64,000 nt of DNA from Balanoglossus misakiensis (taxonomy: Eukaryota; Animalia; Hemichordata): NCBI GenBank assembly GCA_040954595.2, contig CM082577.2, forward strand, positions 5,010,301-5,074,300, read 5' to 3'. A program made the position numbers and the translations under genes. The notes under the pieces were generated by a model. The model was not told the DNA's origin, did no database searches, and worked only from the letters and a program-made list of their open reading frames with translations. Below, one piece after another: positions 1-14,287 of the stretch. Position 1 is the first letter of the stretch. Each line of letters begins with the position of its first letter.

Positions 1-3000
1 CCTGACCATGGATCAAGCTCCTACTGTGTGCTTGATGACCTCCTGAGTCATGACAGGACTTTTAGACACTATAACAATCACCTCTCCAAGCAACAACCTT
101 GCATATTGAGAAGGTCATTGATACAACTATAAGCTTTTGCCAATGGACTGCAGGTTAAAACCTTAATGTTATTGATAGGGGTTAAAGTCTTAGAGTCACC
201 TGTCCACACACACATGGAGACGACATGTTCATGCATGAATACAATCTTCTGTACACAATCAGCCCAGATCAGATATTAACCTTCTGGCTGATTTAGTCCC
301 GCTACACTTGAGCTCCTTGTAATAAGTCTGCACTTGTACAGCCAATTATAAAGTGCAATCCTGTTTTAAGTTCCCCAGCCCGAGTCTAACAAGGATAATC
401 CCTGTTCGTAACATATCAGGCGTATTTGCCTTCTGTTGATTCTGTCGTTAACCCTGTACTGCTCCTCTTGTACAGCAGATAATCATTAGACATGCTCCCT
501 ACAAAGTCACGGTGCAAAACACAACTTGGGATCATACAGTCGCATGCAGAAGTCATGAAACTTCCACCGCGAAATCTCAAAGTTTAATGCATTTAGCTTG
601 AAACCTTACAGCTTTCACCATTTGTGTTGACGTGCCGGACACAATCCATTCTCCATGTACATGTAATTTACATGCCCATAAGTCACCACCCAAGTGAATA
701 CACATGTATTTGTGTTTGGCTTATTGATCTCCATTTTCCATGGTAACTGTGGCTAATTTGCATGGGTGACTGTATACCTTTAAAGCATCTTGTCTCAGAA
801 ATTAAATGCCAAAAATGTCAAGAATGGAAATTATAGTACAATCTTGGGTAAAATGCAGGATAAATTTATGCTGGTCATAGTGCTTCATGTAATGATACAC
901 AAAAGATGACAAAAATGTCTCTCTTAAAATTTATGACTATTTTTTATGTTTCATTTATTATGATTGGGAAAACATCATAATTCTTTATGTAAAGGTGTTG
1001 TGTCCGAGTCTTTCAGTTTTGTGTGGAAACCATAGAAACTCATCAATGAGATATTCTTCATCTTTTACGTAGGTAATTAAATTGAATGGATATCGGTGTC
1101 TCCATTGAAAGTAAAGGGGGCGTTTTGTGGCTTCTCCAGCATTTTGCAGTCAGAGCCCGACACTTGTGTTGCATTCTGCAGTGCAAGGAGACCACATCAA
1201 GGTGAAACGATATTCATCTTTTAATAGTGTTCGTCCTCTGGGGGAGTGGTGTAAGGTTTCCTATCCTCCCAATTCCCTTGATTTACCAGGGACTTATCTC
1301 AGAATGATTAAGCACCAGCTTCTACATAATTTTCTGAGAGTTAATTGTCACTGTAGTGAAAAAAAATGGTGCTGTTGAAAGTGAAACTTAAAAAATACAT
1401 GGCAACATTGCCTTGTGATCATTTATTGTCGTAAGTGTTGATGTCTACAGCTGCGAATTATCCGAGCTGAATAAAAATGACATGAAAGCTCAAGAGGTTG
1501 ACTTCTTATTTTGATTTTATTGACTGTACTACATTGGATTCCCTGCTCTTGTGTATTGATCTATGCATGGAATAAGATATTCCTGTTGAATCGGAAAATG
1601 GGATTGTCCCGCTCACCACGTACAGTGACACAAAACGCCTCAGATGGCACTCACTCGGCAGATATCGCTTTAAATGTCGGAGAGTGTTTGCCGGAATACA
1701 TGCACGCAACCCGCCCGCGGGCCAATTACTTTGATCAGCAATAACGAAGCGTTTAAGTTTTGGGCTGAAATACTCATGCCCGATCACGCGAGAATACAAG
1801 TTTGACAGCCAGCTCAGGTCTGTGACTGATTGCGAATGAAATTGGAACTGCAGGCTTGTCGGACTTGTTTGGACAGGTGTAAGACGTAAAAAAAAAATTG
1901 CTCAATTAACGGCGCGCTGATGATGTGCAGTGCAAATTTGCACATATCCTGATCAATGCTCGAGTGAAAATGCCAGAGGTGATACATTTGTATTTGTGGA
2001 AATGTGCAACGTTTTTAGCATTTATACATTAGTTTTTGTTTTCAGGTAGTGGTGATGTGTATCACATAGGCTGGCTACACCCAGAACCACCGGCCAGGAC
2101 TGGCTTACATGTGCGTGTCTATCTGGAGCAATTCGTTTTGAATTGATACGTGTAATAAACCCTCCTTGGGCGAAAATTTTACATCAGTATTAAATTTTGA
2201 TCAAATGTGGCCAACTGAGAGACAGATTCACCAAAGTACTAAAAACAAAAGTTATCTAAATCAGAATCTGAAAAGCGAGATAATTAGCCAGTATTTGACT
2301 TGAATTTCTAATATAGATAGATATTTACCACAACCCTTAACTACCGGGAGTGACACACTTGTCTTGAATTTATGGCTTCACAAGCCACAATGCACATTGA
2401 ACTGAAAACGTCAACATGTGTTTGGTGGTGTTTCCGAGAGTTAATGCAAACCTCAATCTGCAAGCAAAGGAAATTCTTTAAAAAATCATGACAAATGAAT
2501 TAACTATCCTATGGATTAGAGGAAATGAATTAAGTCGTGACGTTTTCATTCCATCTTTCGGATTTAAGTGATCAAGATGACGTCGTTTGGGTCAAATGTT
2601 GGGGGAAAAAAATGGTATCTACCGACAGTGCAACTTGTAATGACATAAAATATACATGGTAATTCTTAATTCCATGTAATACCGCGCCATCTCTGATGGG
2701 TGTTACCGTGGCAACGTGAAAACTCTGATCCGACTGCAACCCCCTGGCGACGCGATGAAAAAAGAACAAAATTATTTAACGTGCGGCAGTCGGGCTGGAG
2801 ATTTGCCGTGTGATAGCAGGATATTAATCGTTTCGAGTTGAAATAATGTCAAACGTCAAAGTTCATTATAAATCGGAGGAGGAAAGTTGAAGTATTTCCA
2901 GTCATGGAACTACCGGTATGATTTTATTGAAAGAGTTTGGTAATTTTGCCAAGACATATATACTTCCATGTAGTCACTGTCTGTGAGCACAGTACTGCAG

Positions 3001-3546
3001 GATCAGCTTGTTAATCATTTCCCCTCTCAATTCCAGTTTCTGACTTTTAATCAGGCTGGTTCAATACAGAGCGGCGAGCAAGCAATTACAGACAGTTCGG
3101 AAATGTATCAAAGTGTGTTTTTGACCGCATTGTGTCAACACAAACCATTAATCAAGGGTATAGAAAAAGCATGAATTGTATAAGGAAATATATAGTTAGT
3201 ATATAAAGGAAATGATGATGTTGTTATATATAAACTGGGAAACAGTGCATTCACCCTCCTAATAGAAGTCTGTCCCTGATGTTGTCGTAAAACCACGGGC
3301 CCCTTTACGGCGCAGTCTAGCTGCTACATGCATTTACGGGGCCATAGCCGATTTGCCAGACATTCAAGGAAGTAATATATGTTAGGGTAGTGCGCAGTGT
3401 CAGCGAAAATGCAATGGAGCCAATCAGAGCGGGTGTCTCATGATGATGGCAATAATGGTAAACATACAATGTATTGAAGACACTTTATATTGATAAGTGG
3501 TTGGCTTATATCAATGATGATCTGGCTTCCTCCAGGCTTTTTTGGT

Positions 3547-3603
3547 AATCAATCAATCAGTCAATCAATCAACCTGTCAATCAATCAATCAATCAATCAA
3601 TCA
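3547..3603. repeat. (AATC)n microsatellite, interrupted
   Basis: Seen directly. Confidence 0.95.
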
Positions 3604-6600
3604 TTGTGCAACAACTTTGGATGTACCGGTACATGCATATTGAAGCAGAAATTCATGCGCAATATCTTAAGCATGGCTCTTTGAACTACACAGCAGACTT
3701 TGTTTGTGAGGATGCTACATGAATGGAATTACCCACTGTGGGTATTGATCATTGACCTGTAACCTGCTATCAGCAAAAAAATTCTGTTCACATGCGATTT
3801 CATTCTCTCTCTTCTCTGACGAGGGCATGTGTGAAATGAACCATGGCAAAAGTACTTCCACCCTCATCTTATCATATCACAGACATTTTTCCCGCGAACA
3901 ATTACGACGCAGCAACAATTTTCAACGCACAAGCTTCTGATATTTGCTTATTTAATAACATCCTATTCACACGAGACGCGCTCATGATTCCTTCACTCAC
4001 AGTTTAATATTATTATTAATGCCTTTTTAATCAGCGTGCATGAGATCCCTGGTTTAAAAAGACTCCGTTAAATGGAAATGGTTTAATAGCGCAAACACAC
4101 AGGAATTTCTAAAGTAGGTCATTTCATGGTATGGAAATTTAATTATCGGCGCTATATGCCCCTCGGGCTATCCTTGGTTATTAGATGTACATTTTCATAA
4201 ATTGGCATGAAAGTGAAAGATAAAAGACTAGGCTGCAAATTAATCATCGGGTATACAATTTTTGTCACCCAGGAATATGCCTGGATAAGCGATCGGAGCC
4301 ATGCTGCCAATAATTGGTTCAATCCATTCGGAAATTATATTAACTACACAGTAACTGTGTATGAAAAATTAAATTGTTCCAAACTTGATTCATTAAGAGT
4401 ACTGTATACAGGATAAAGGAGATACTTTTTTATATTTTTACCTCAAAATTTAACACTCAGTGAGTTGGAAGAGTAGAGAAAAAAATGGGATGCTTTTATG
4501 AATTATATTTTGTATATATTAAAGATGCAATGCATAACTGTCAAATGTGTGAAAGAGATAGCCAAACATGTGCAAAGAACTCCTCAGAGGAGTAAATGGT
4601 GAACTGTTGAATGAACCTTCTGTCAAAAGATGATTTGTGTGTGTCTGTATTCTTTAGTGATCCAATACCATTCACAATTGGGGGGTAAGCAACCAATGAA
4701 AGTTTACAGTCAGTCCGTGTCTACATTTGATTTACACGGTTTATGTTTTATTGGTTGGCGCATTGAGAATATGGCTAAGATCCAATGCCACAAAGGGACT
4801 GCAGGGTCAGAAGTTATTTCAGAATCGAAAATATTTGACAGTTTTTTTGTCTCTATGCAGTTTCTTAGTAAAGGCGTTCTACTCAAATATTTCTATTTAC
4901 GACAATAAAATAAGCTGTATTAATTAAAAGTAGGTGAACTATTTTCTATTGAGTCAACGACCAATGAAAATGTGTGTTACATATGAAAGTATATCATATC
5001 GTGTGGGGAGTAATATGCTTCAGAAGTTAATGAAATACACAGTACGTAATTATTCAGAAAATTGATCTCCAGTTGGATAGTATTATGCTCACATGTATCT
5101 ATTAAAGGTGCTTGAAGGTCGATCATGGCAAAGATTCTTTGAATTTACAATAAAAGAACTTCCTGTCCAGAATAAAAATATTGAGATGATGGTTATTTTC
5201 AGGGTCATATATCTAATCATGCCATGAAGTTAATGGTTTGTGTAGTCAATTATACTTGGTATGGATTCACCCAACCCTGACAAAATACATGTATTTTTCA
5301 ATCTGCATGGATCTTGTCTGAAATTATAAAGCTCAGTTTATGAATGATGTGACAGTTCAATAATTTGTAACTTGGAGAGGCCCAATGATGACGTGACATC
5401 TTTATTCTGCCATTTTCAGGGGATTTTTCTTTTGATGAGATAAGGAATGAACTTTAGCAAACTCTCGGCTGTGGTCCTGGTAAAAAGATAAAAAAAATAC
5501 CGGGGAACCCTAGCAGCATAAATCAGGTACCATAATTTTTTATCAAAAACACTGATTATGCAGATCAGCACACTCCAATTACAAATTAATACAATATATT
5601 ATATGTAATAAAAGTGCTATCCTCTGCTGTTTTTGATTTATAAGGGTAAACATACAGAAAAATACTGAATACAAAACCTCTGGTACAGAGCACTTAAATG
5701 AACCACTGCCCTCAATAATGTATACATTAGTCCAAGAAATCACGTCTGCAATAAATCATGCTTTTTATTACTTAAGGAACAACAAAATTGGATTGTAAAT
5801 CATTTTCAAACTTCACTTTGTTCTGTATTTCACCAAAGACTTGAATAGTTATTTTTTTCCCTGTGAAATTGAATGTGCTTAAATTCATTTCTTATTTATT
5901 TCATGTTGGTTTATCCACTATACAATCTTATGTGAAGTTATTGTACAAGTAAACAATGTAAAGTGCAAGTTCATGAGCAAAGTATTGGGATGTTGACCCC
6001 ACTAAAAGTATATCATGTGGTTAAAACAGAATGTATGTTTCGAGTTCGCCATTAAATTTCGGTTAATTCCAAGAAAGTGTTTCTATCTTTTGGCATAATG
6101 TTATTGTACATGCATGTATTGTGTGTTTGTGTCAAAAAAAGAGAGAAAGAGAGAGATCTTTATACCCTGCTTGCTGCAACAGACTTGCAATTGTCAGTCA
6201 CCAGGGCTCATATATACTCCCCACAGTCCACTATTAACATCAATGCGTTTGAACACACAAGCTTCAGTGCATTGGTACAATGACATGACCATTTGGAATA
6301 TTGATATTCGTGCACATCCACAGGCTTTTCGGCGGTAATACCATGAGAGTCAGCCTGATGCAGTAGACACGACAACAGCGTTATCTCCCAGGTTCCTGAA
6401 CAAAATGTCACGAGAGAAAACATTTACATACCTTCTAGCCAATATATTCAAATAGGTTCGCCTTGGAAACTTGAGAATCCATGAAACCTCCCTCCGACAC
6501 TATTGATAATATGGAAATTTAATGAGATTTAGTATTTTGGTTGGATTTGCAAAACTTTTTTTTATTTGTTTGTAGTTTTGAAACCTGACAAACTAACTCT

Positions 6601-6888
6601 AAAATGATGTGATGCTTTGAAAAAAAATGTTTGCTATCAAAAGAAGCTTGTCATATACAACTGCTATTCCTTACAGGCATTGGGAGATCTAGCTTATACT
6701 ATTACGTGACGTAAGGCTGTAGAATTTTGTCATACCTGTCTGTAAAGTGGAAATAATCTGTGAAATGTTCGGTTGCACTCGCGTTAAAAACTGTCATCTG
6801 CAGATTGTGGTTTGCAGAAACTCCACTGTAAGATGGCATATAATTATACCAGGTCCATATACCACACTTGAAGTATAATTTTAATCTA

Positions 6889-7067
6889 TAGTGAAACCTG
6901 TCTAAACTGGACACCAAATGTGGACTGAAGAAAGAGTTCAGTTTACAGAGGTGCCCGGTTTATAGAGGTTCTTTTAACATGTGGTTCTATGTCAAAGGGA
7001 TTGGAAAATGTGTTCGGTATAGACAGGTTTCCAGATTAGATGGTGTTTGGTTTATACAGGCTTAATA
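6889..7067. mobile_element. Tc1/mariner-pogo-type MITE, copy 1 (about 180 bp)
   Basis: TA-flanked, imperfect TIRs (tagtgaaacctgtctaaac ... gtttatacaggcttaata). The interior is shared with 8808-8985 (aacatgtggttctatg; ggaaaatgtgttcggtatagacaggtttccagattaga). Confidence 0.8.
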
Positions 7068-8807
7068 TATTAATGGGTGAAATGTTTATTTAAATATGAA
7101 TCTTGAAGTGTAATGAAGACATTGTCAGTTGCACTGTGCCATATTTTTGCAGATGCACTATGATCGATCGGTGATATTATTACTATTTCATTAGCTTGGT
7201 AGTTTGCAAAACGATCAAGGCCATCCATTGCATCCCACTTTATTAATGATTTGCGCATATTTTGGTTTGTTTACCTGTGCATCCGTTTTCATAATGTCAG
7301 GCTTTGAAATCGTCCTTACTGCTGAAATTTTATCTGTTGAATTTTATGTTGACTTTACCTACGCTGGCGTTATGGTGGCTTTTAACAGTTGTTTGCGCGA
7401 GGCCTGTTATGCATACTGTCCTTTCCCTTGATTAAGGTGGATGTTGGTTGACGTGTCAGTCAAAATGGCCGCCAGCCTGACCCAAGATACGCAGGCCAAT
7501 GAGACAGATCAATTTTAATCAAGTTGCAAATTGACAGTTCATTTAAGTATCTGGGTTAGTGTGAAAAGAGAAGTTAATTCTTTTGCATTTGGCTCAAAAG
7601 TAGAACTTACTTGGATGGAAGATTCATGCTTTCGAGACTTGCATTTTGTCTTTATGAGAACCTCAATTCATTTGGAAAAGGGAAATAATCAGATATAGCA
7701 ATCTTGATCTTGAACACTAAATATAGTAAATGGAGGGACAGGTAGAGCATTAACCTGGAAATAGACAGTGTCAAATTTCAGTGACCTTAACTCATAGCAG
7801 TCGCTACTTGTCTTGTATATATTGTAATTTTGAAAAGCCATAAATTTGAATACTTTTATTTTGCTGCTGATATTTTAAATAGCATAATCATTCAGTTGTT
7901 TACCCCGTGCAGTGCTATTTTCACTGCTGTGTACTATAAGTATGATAATATGAGTTTTATTTATAGATGTTCCAACTTCTGCAATTTGTGTAATACTATA
8001 TTCAGTAACCAACTGGTGTCATTATTCAGTGTTGGTTCATCGGGTGAGTTAGCTATGAAGACACCACAACAATAGGAAGTTTTGAATTAGCGGCATCTTA
8101 AATTATTGAATTTACATTACCTAGCTAAAGTATCTAAAATAATATGTTAGCTGAAAGGGCATATGGATGGATAAAATATTACGACAATTTCTGTTGAATT
8201 CCGATTATTTAATGCTTCCCTGGCCAGGTGTGCAAATGAAATTCGATATGTGACTAGAAAAATAATAGTAGATCAGAGACTGTCATTGCTTATGGTTGGG
8301 AGTTATATCAGGCGGAAAATTGGGTTAGAAATGATGGTATGGAGGAGTGCGGCTTTTTTTTGAAGACAGAGCAGCCGTAATTTGAAATGCCTCAAATTAC
8401 AGCTAATGTGTTTTGATGTCTATACCTCTCAAAGAACTGTTTTTAATGAAGGATTGGATGATTTCATCGGTTGATATACTTTTATGTTCTGGATTTCGCG
8501 AAGGAGATTTTCGTCACACAGACTTCCTCATTTCCAGTTTTGGTTCCATGCCCGCTTGCCCACTGACCTGTGTTACCAATTCAAAATCGGTTGAAACAGA
8601 TTGTGCCAAGGACCGTGTAGCCAAGCCATGGACTATTCAAAATGATTGGTCGCATATGGATATTTCCAGGGGATGTTGAATCCAGTTGTAGTACGGCATT
8701 GTGTGGAGTTAACAATCGTGTCACTGTTAACAGCATCACGGAGCTATCATTATATCAAACCAAAAAACAACAACACTGTACAATACTTAATGCTGTATTT
8801 AATATTA

Positions 8808-8985
8808 CAGTAAAACCTGTTTTAACTGGACACCAAAGGGATTGAAGAAATTGTTCGTTCTGCAGAAGTGTCCGGTTTATAGAGATTCTTCTAACATGTG
8901 GTTCTATGGGAAAGTTGCTGGAAAATGTGTTCGGTATAGACAGGTTTCCAGATTAGACAGGGTTAGGGTTAGACATCTTTCACTG
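8808..8985. mobile_element. Tc1/mariner-pogo-type MITE, copy 2
   Basis: TA|CAGTAAAACCTGT ... AGACATCTTTCACTG termini. Same family and orientation as 6889-7067. Confidence 0.8.
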
Positions 8986-9736
8986 TCTATTGAAAGTATC
9001 AATTTGAAAACCACTGCAATACGTACCACTTTAATTTGTTTGGGAGGCTAAAAACACAAAATGTTTATCGATGAGACAGGATGCTTTTTCCACAGTATCG
9101 CTTTATTTTTAAATTGCGTGCAGTGCCCGAGGCTTATTCGTCTCACCAAGTAAAAACCACAGGGCTGTACCACCGATGACTGCAGGGGTGGAAGGGTATA
9201 TTAAAAGGCAAGAGGCAGGGGCAGTGATGTAATTAATGAAGAACTTATTGGATGGAGAAGTCATGGGAGAAATAACATTGAAATTTGCAGAAAACAGTAT
9301 TGCAGATAGTAAAATGGGTAAATCATGAAAACTGAGATATTTCTTGACACTAATAAAACAATTACTAACTCTCCTCCTTCTGTTCTGTTGGTATATGTTA
9401 CAATGGTGAAAAATCAACCCAATGTTTGTATGCATAGTGTGCACCTGATACTTCAAAACTTCTAGATAGAGGAAACTTGTTTATAAGCACATCATTTATT
9501 TTCTATGCACTATTGGCTCTTTTACATCTAATACGCTCTTGTGGCATTTACAAATGTATTGCTTTGAGCCGTTTCCCATGAGCGCAGTACCGGTACCTGT
9601 GATGTAGAAAAAGTATAATTGTCTTTCTTGACATCATTGACAGCGTTTATATTGAGATACGCTAAATGCTAATTCGTAAGGTATTTTTTACCATGAAGTA
9701 CAGCTGTAGCAATCATTTGTAATCTGTATGATTCTA

Positions 9737-9990
9737 TTTTACAATATCTTAATGTTTTACATAATCTGAAGATTCATATTTACATAATCTGGATTTACAT
9801 AACTGAGCATTCATATTTACATAATATGAATATTATGAAATTACAATATCTTAATATTGATATATTTATATCATCCGAATATTTATTTTCACAAAAGAGA
9901 AATTTTCATGTGTTTGTATGATCTGAATATTCATTTAACATAAGATGAATATTTATATTTGACATAATCTGAATATTCATATTTATATAT
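9737..9990. repeat. Degenerate minisatellite, about 23-bp unit ACATAATCTGAATATTCATATTT
   Basis: Recurring tacataatctga and attcatattt motifs. Confidence 0.8.
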
Positions 9991-11247
9991 ATGCTGACTC
10001 TCCCAGTCCCAATGCCTTGAGGGCAGTTGTGTTGCAATGTGCACGGATCCTAGACATTGTAAGATTATTAATTGAGTTCGGGGCTTTTGCTGTCTGGCGC
10101 TGTACTTTGCCAATGGAGATTATTAACTGCATGAATGTTGAACTGCATCGAGGCACAGCACACGAATGGAGAATGCAAATCCATTCTCTCGGTGGATGCA
10201 GATTTTCCGTGTGGCTGGGATAACAAATACTCTTGATTATCGGTTTCCAGTTATGTTTTTGCATAAATGTTGATATAACAGCAAACTCTGCGGGGTAAAC
10301 TTGGAGCGTTGGATATGAGCTGATTTTGTGTACTTCTGGGGTGTCTCTTCGAAAAACTATAAAAATATATCAAGCATTGGCAGATGGCAGTCTATAATAT
10401 TTAAATATTTCTGAAATACCCAACCTTGAGAAGGCACATTAAAACTTATAAGGAGAACATTGGAATACAGAAATGATATACCACATACCAGGGATATTCA
10501 AAAACACAGTCACTGATGTGTACCTACACAGAAACCTGTGTACTCTGTACACAGAAGTAAAAAGACTGGTAAACAAATGTTTATGGCGGGAGTGTTTTAT
10601 GTTATGTTTGACCGAAACCACTATCTAGAATATGCTCACCTGTTTTTATGATTGTTGGGTTCTTAAACAAATACATGTATACAGTATGAGGTTCTGAAAA
10701 CTGCCAATTGAAAACTGTGGTGTAGTGGTGACATTTTGACAGAAATGCCCAAGCCTGCGCTGTGGAGTATGATGGCATATTGGTGCATTAATTCCAGAAT
10801 ATAATGGAAATGTATTTCAGATATCCAATGTACCGGTATGAAAATGTATGTATGAAAATGAATGAAAACAATGATGTTAAACATATATATAGGTTTGTGT
10901 GTCAGGTGACTGATTTATAAAGTGTTGAAAAGTAACTGCCAGAATAGCTCACATTATATTATTCAGTTGAGTCAGAAAATAAATATTTCAAATATTGTGT
11001 TAACTGCCAGTTTTAGCGTAACATGTGTACTGTTATATCTGTGTGTAATGAGGTGTTAAGACTTTTCGTAGCATCAAGTGGGTTGGTGTTGATGTAAATC
11101 TAGAATCTGCTTGAGAGACAAGACATATCACTTGTATCTACAAGTGCTGTGATTACGTCTCTCTACAAAAGCGGGTGGGATATTCTAGTGCTACATCCAG
11201 GGTAACCAGGGGCAACCACACCATTGCCACCCCTTCAGAGCTTTCCA

Positions 11248-11261
11248 GTTGCCACGGCAAC
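11248..11261. promoter_or_regulatory. RFX X-box (best of at least 14 in the window)
   Basis: GTTGCCACGGCAAC is 13/14 to GTTGCCATGGCAAC. A second X-box-like site lies at 11202-11216. Confidence 0.5.
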
Positions 11262-13973
11262 TCTCTTGGCCGGTGAAGATGGCTTTAAATCTGAGTCCTA
11301 CGCCAGAATTATAAGCAAACTGACGACTTCAGCATTAATCTAACGGTGTCACCAATGGTGTTACCAGGTGGCAGTGCAATTAACATGCAAATGTGAATAA
11401 ACACGTATGGAGAATGGGCCCGCGTCTATGTATTTCTTGGTTCATTTTGCACGTGTGGTTTTACATACGCCTCCATTCATTCAAAATTGCCAGGTTTCCT
11501 CAATTACCTTGATACAGTTTAGCAAATTGGGTTGTGTTCTGATCCACACGTTGCAACTATTAAACATGTCTGCCGATGGTTTTCCAGTGAAATGAGCTGA
11601 TCAAAGCATGCCAAGCTGGGAATGTACGTTTTTCGGAGACGTTTCACGAATCGCTTGTTGATCAAGATACGCTCAGAGGAAGAAATTATGGTTTGTACAC
11701 ACTCCTTGAAAATCCTGGAGGGTTACAGAATTTGAGACTACATTCTTCTGAAATGCCCTCCAACCAACCGGTTGACCCCCCAAAAAATCAAATAGTTCTC
11801 CCCTAAACTGCCTGGCCATGCAAGATCTCACAGTGTCTCAAGGAGTTCAGAAAATAGTCTATTGGGACTGGGTTATAGAAAACACTGCAAATGTTGTTCC
11901 GGCCTTCCAGTAGCAATACCATGGGCAAGCACGTTTGTTTGCTGAGAGCAAAAATCACACGCCTGTTAAATTGGTAGATTGATTTACACATTCCCATGGC
12001 CCTTTAGGTATAACAACCGACTTATATGCCATTATTGCATACAAAGACATCACAAGAAGCTCGTTTCTGTTTCATATATGCGTCAGATGACCAGAGGCCT
12101 GCAGGTTTGTGGGAAAAAAAATAGTGATCGTTTGCTAAGTTGCCTGCAGACAAATGGTTATGTAACTAGGCACACTCTTGAAAAGACAAATATTAGATTA
12201 ACCAATTCAGTTTGCATTGCCATGACAACCTGCGCTGGAGGCAGCTTGTTTAATCAGACTGTCAGGAAACAGGACTGTCGACATATTTTGGTCTGTCAGT
12301 CAACCGAGGCAGGTGTCAGTGTCTCTGATCCATAGTTTTATTCATGAATATGCCAACTGATATGAAAAGGCATACATGTGTGAAGGCACAGTATGTCAAA
12401 TCTAGGAGAAGAAAGGTATGTGCAGGCAATATAGGAAAATAGTGAGCTTACCCTACTCCGTGCATGTTAATACATACATGGGATGTATATGTATATGTGT
12501 GTGTATAAAAGTTTGGTTCCAAGTGTGTAATTCTGATGATTGAAAGAACTAATAAGAATCACGTGTCGCTGGTCGCTTAAACCCATCTGTTGTTTTATTT
12601 TTGTGTGATGCTTCAAAACAAGCCGACAATTGTCTAATATATGAATTTCAAATAAGCTGCGTGATACCATATGAGAATAAGGCCTGACAAAATTCCATGA
12701 TTTGAAGTCATCTTCCTTATTGTAAACAGTTGCAAGCATAAATGCCCTCTGAGACCTGCTTTGAACTCTGTCAGCTCCAGCCGTTCCAAATTAACCTGTG
12801 AAAACCTAAGATTGAATGTATTAACGCGATCAAAATGGTTGAATGTATACACAGAAATTTGGCAGTACTGTTCATTGATGACTGATTTGAGAACCACTTA
12901 TGGTAATATTTGCTGTGAAAAACGACATAAGGGAACACCCTGGGTCGAGGAGTCGGGGAGACGTTTGATGGATTGAAAGGTCGTGACCCCTGCTAAGCTT
13001 GGCAGTACATCCCATCATCCCGTTCTTTCAATTTGGATGCTATCTGCTGTTCCCTGATTTGAATATCAATTGGCTTGCGGCGTGATCCCCCCCCCCCCAA
13101 AAAAAAAAAAAATTCTCAGCTTGACGGTGTTAACCTGATTTGAAAACCCATTTCCAGTTTGAAATTTGACTCTGTCGGATTGGTGACTTTATACTGTCTA
13201 TCGGATTCAGAAGTACATTGACACAGCAAGAACATAATGTAAATCCCTAAAATATGATCTCATTTATGAATAATGTATACATTCACATAAAAATGCTGGG
13301 AAATATTAGAACTGTTAGTAAAAAAACCTGATATGGTTAATTGTATTATATTAAGGTGGTATTGCATATTTCTCAGCAATTTTGTCCAATTTTCGCATTT
13401 TCGGACAAGTCTGTCTCAGGCTAACATTTATTATAGGATACGTGTCCTTAACTTGACCGACAATTATCAAAAACCTCAAATGTTGACATATCTACTGGTA
13501 TGTGAAATTATTATTGTTTCTTTGTTATGCAAATGATGTATGCTTCCCCTCAATATATATCAATGTTTTGTAACCCTTAGCAAAAAGGCTGATATTAATA
13601 ATGATTGTATTTTGTGTATTGTAATAAAATATCAGATTTAAACAGTGTTGTGCCTTACAAGTTAATACTTCCATTTGGGCCACGAGCGTGCGTGTCGAGA
13701 TGTACACAGCTTCTGATGGATGCATGGCTGTCAGTCGAACCACTTGAGAAACTTGTGGAGTGTTCAACACTCGACACTTTGGATATCAGGCATTAGAGAA
13801 TGACACCTCTGGGGTTTCAAATGTGATCGTTTTCACATGAAGGTTGCATGCAGATTCAAAGTATACAAACTAGAGTTAACATGCTTGGTAGAAATATTAG
13901 CCAAAAAAGCAACCAATGATGTCAGTGTCCACTAGCTACCCTAGTTACAGTGACTGGTTGTCCTACTTCCATT

Positions 13974-14287
13974 TTAAGGTATTATGTCGTGTCTCGGGGA
14001 CAGATTTTAGGGAAAATTATAGTTCTCCAAACAGATTGTGTCTTTTTGAAAATGAAGAAATTGCAGGGCGTTCACCTTCTTTTTTTTATATAAAAGTTAC
14101 TAAATTGACATTTTCTCCGTAGAATTGACGTAGAGGTTGTCGGCCATTTTGAATTTCAAATTTGAGATAATTTTGCTCCCTCATTCAAAATTTTGCTCAG
14201 TGACTAGTCACCTCAGATTTCCATTCTCGATTTTAAGTGAGAAGAATCCTTAATGTTGTCTCGAGCAAATGGTACGTACAACCTGAA
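13974..14287. mobile_element. Degenerate TTAA-ended non-autonomous DNA transposon (Kolobok-like termini)
   Basis: Left end TTAAGGTATTATG...CTCGGGGACAGAT resembles 44237 (TTAAGGTAGTATGTGCCTTAGGGCCAGAT). The right end GGTACGTACAACCTGAA is an imperfect inverse of that terminus. Related ends occur at 30319 and 62483. Confidence 0.55.

Noticed and set aside
3281-3330. About 35-bp similarity to 62605 (gtcgtaaa-ccacgg...tttacggc)
   Set aside because: Probably the end of a dispersed repeat, but too short to define an element.
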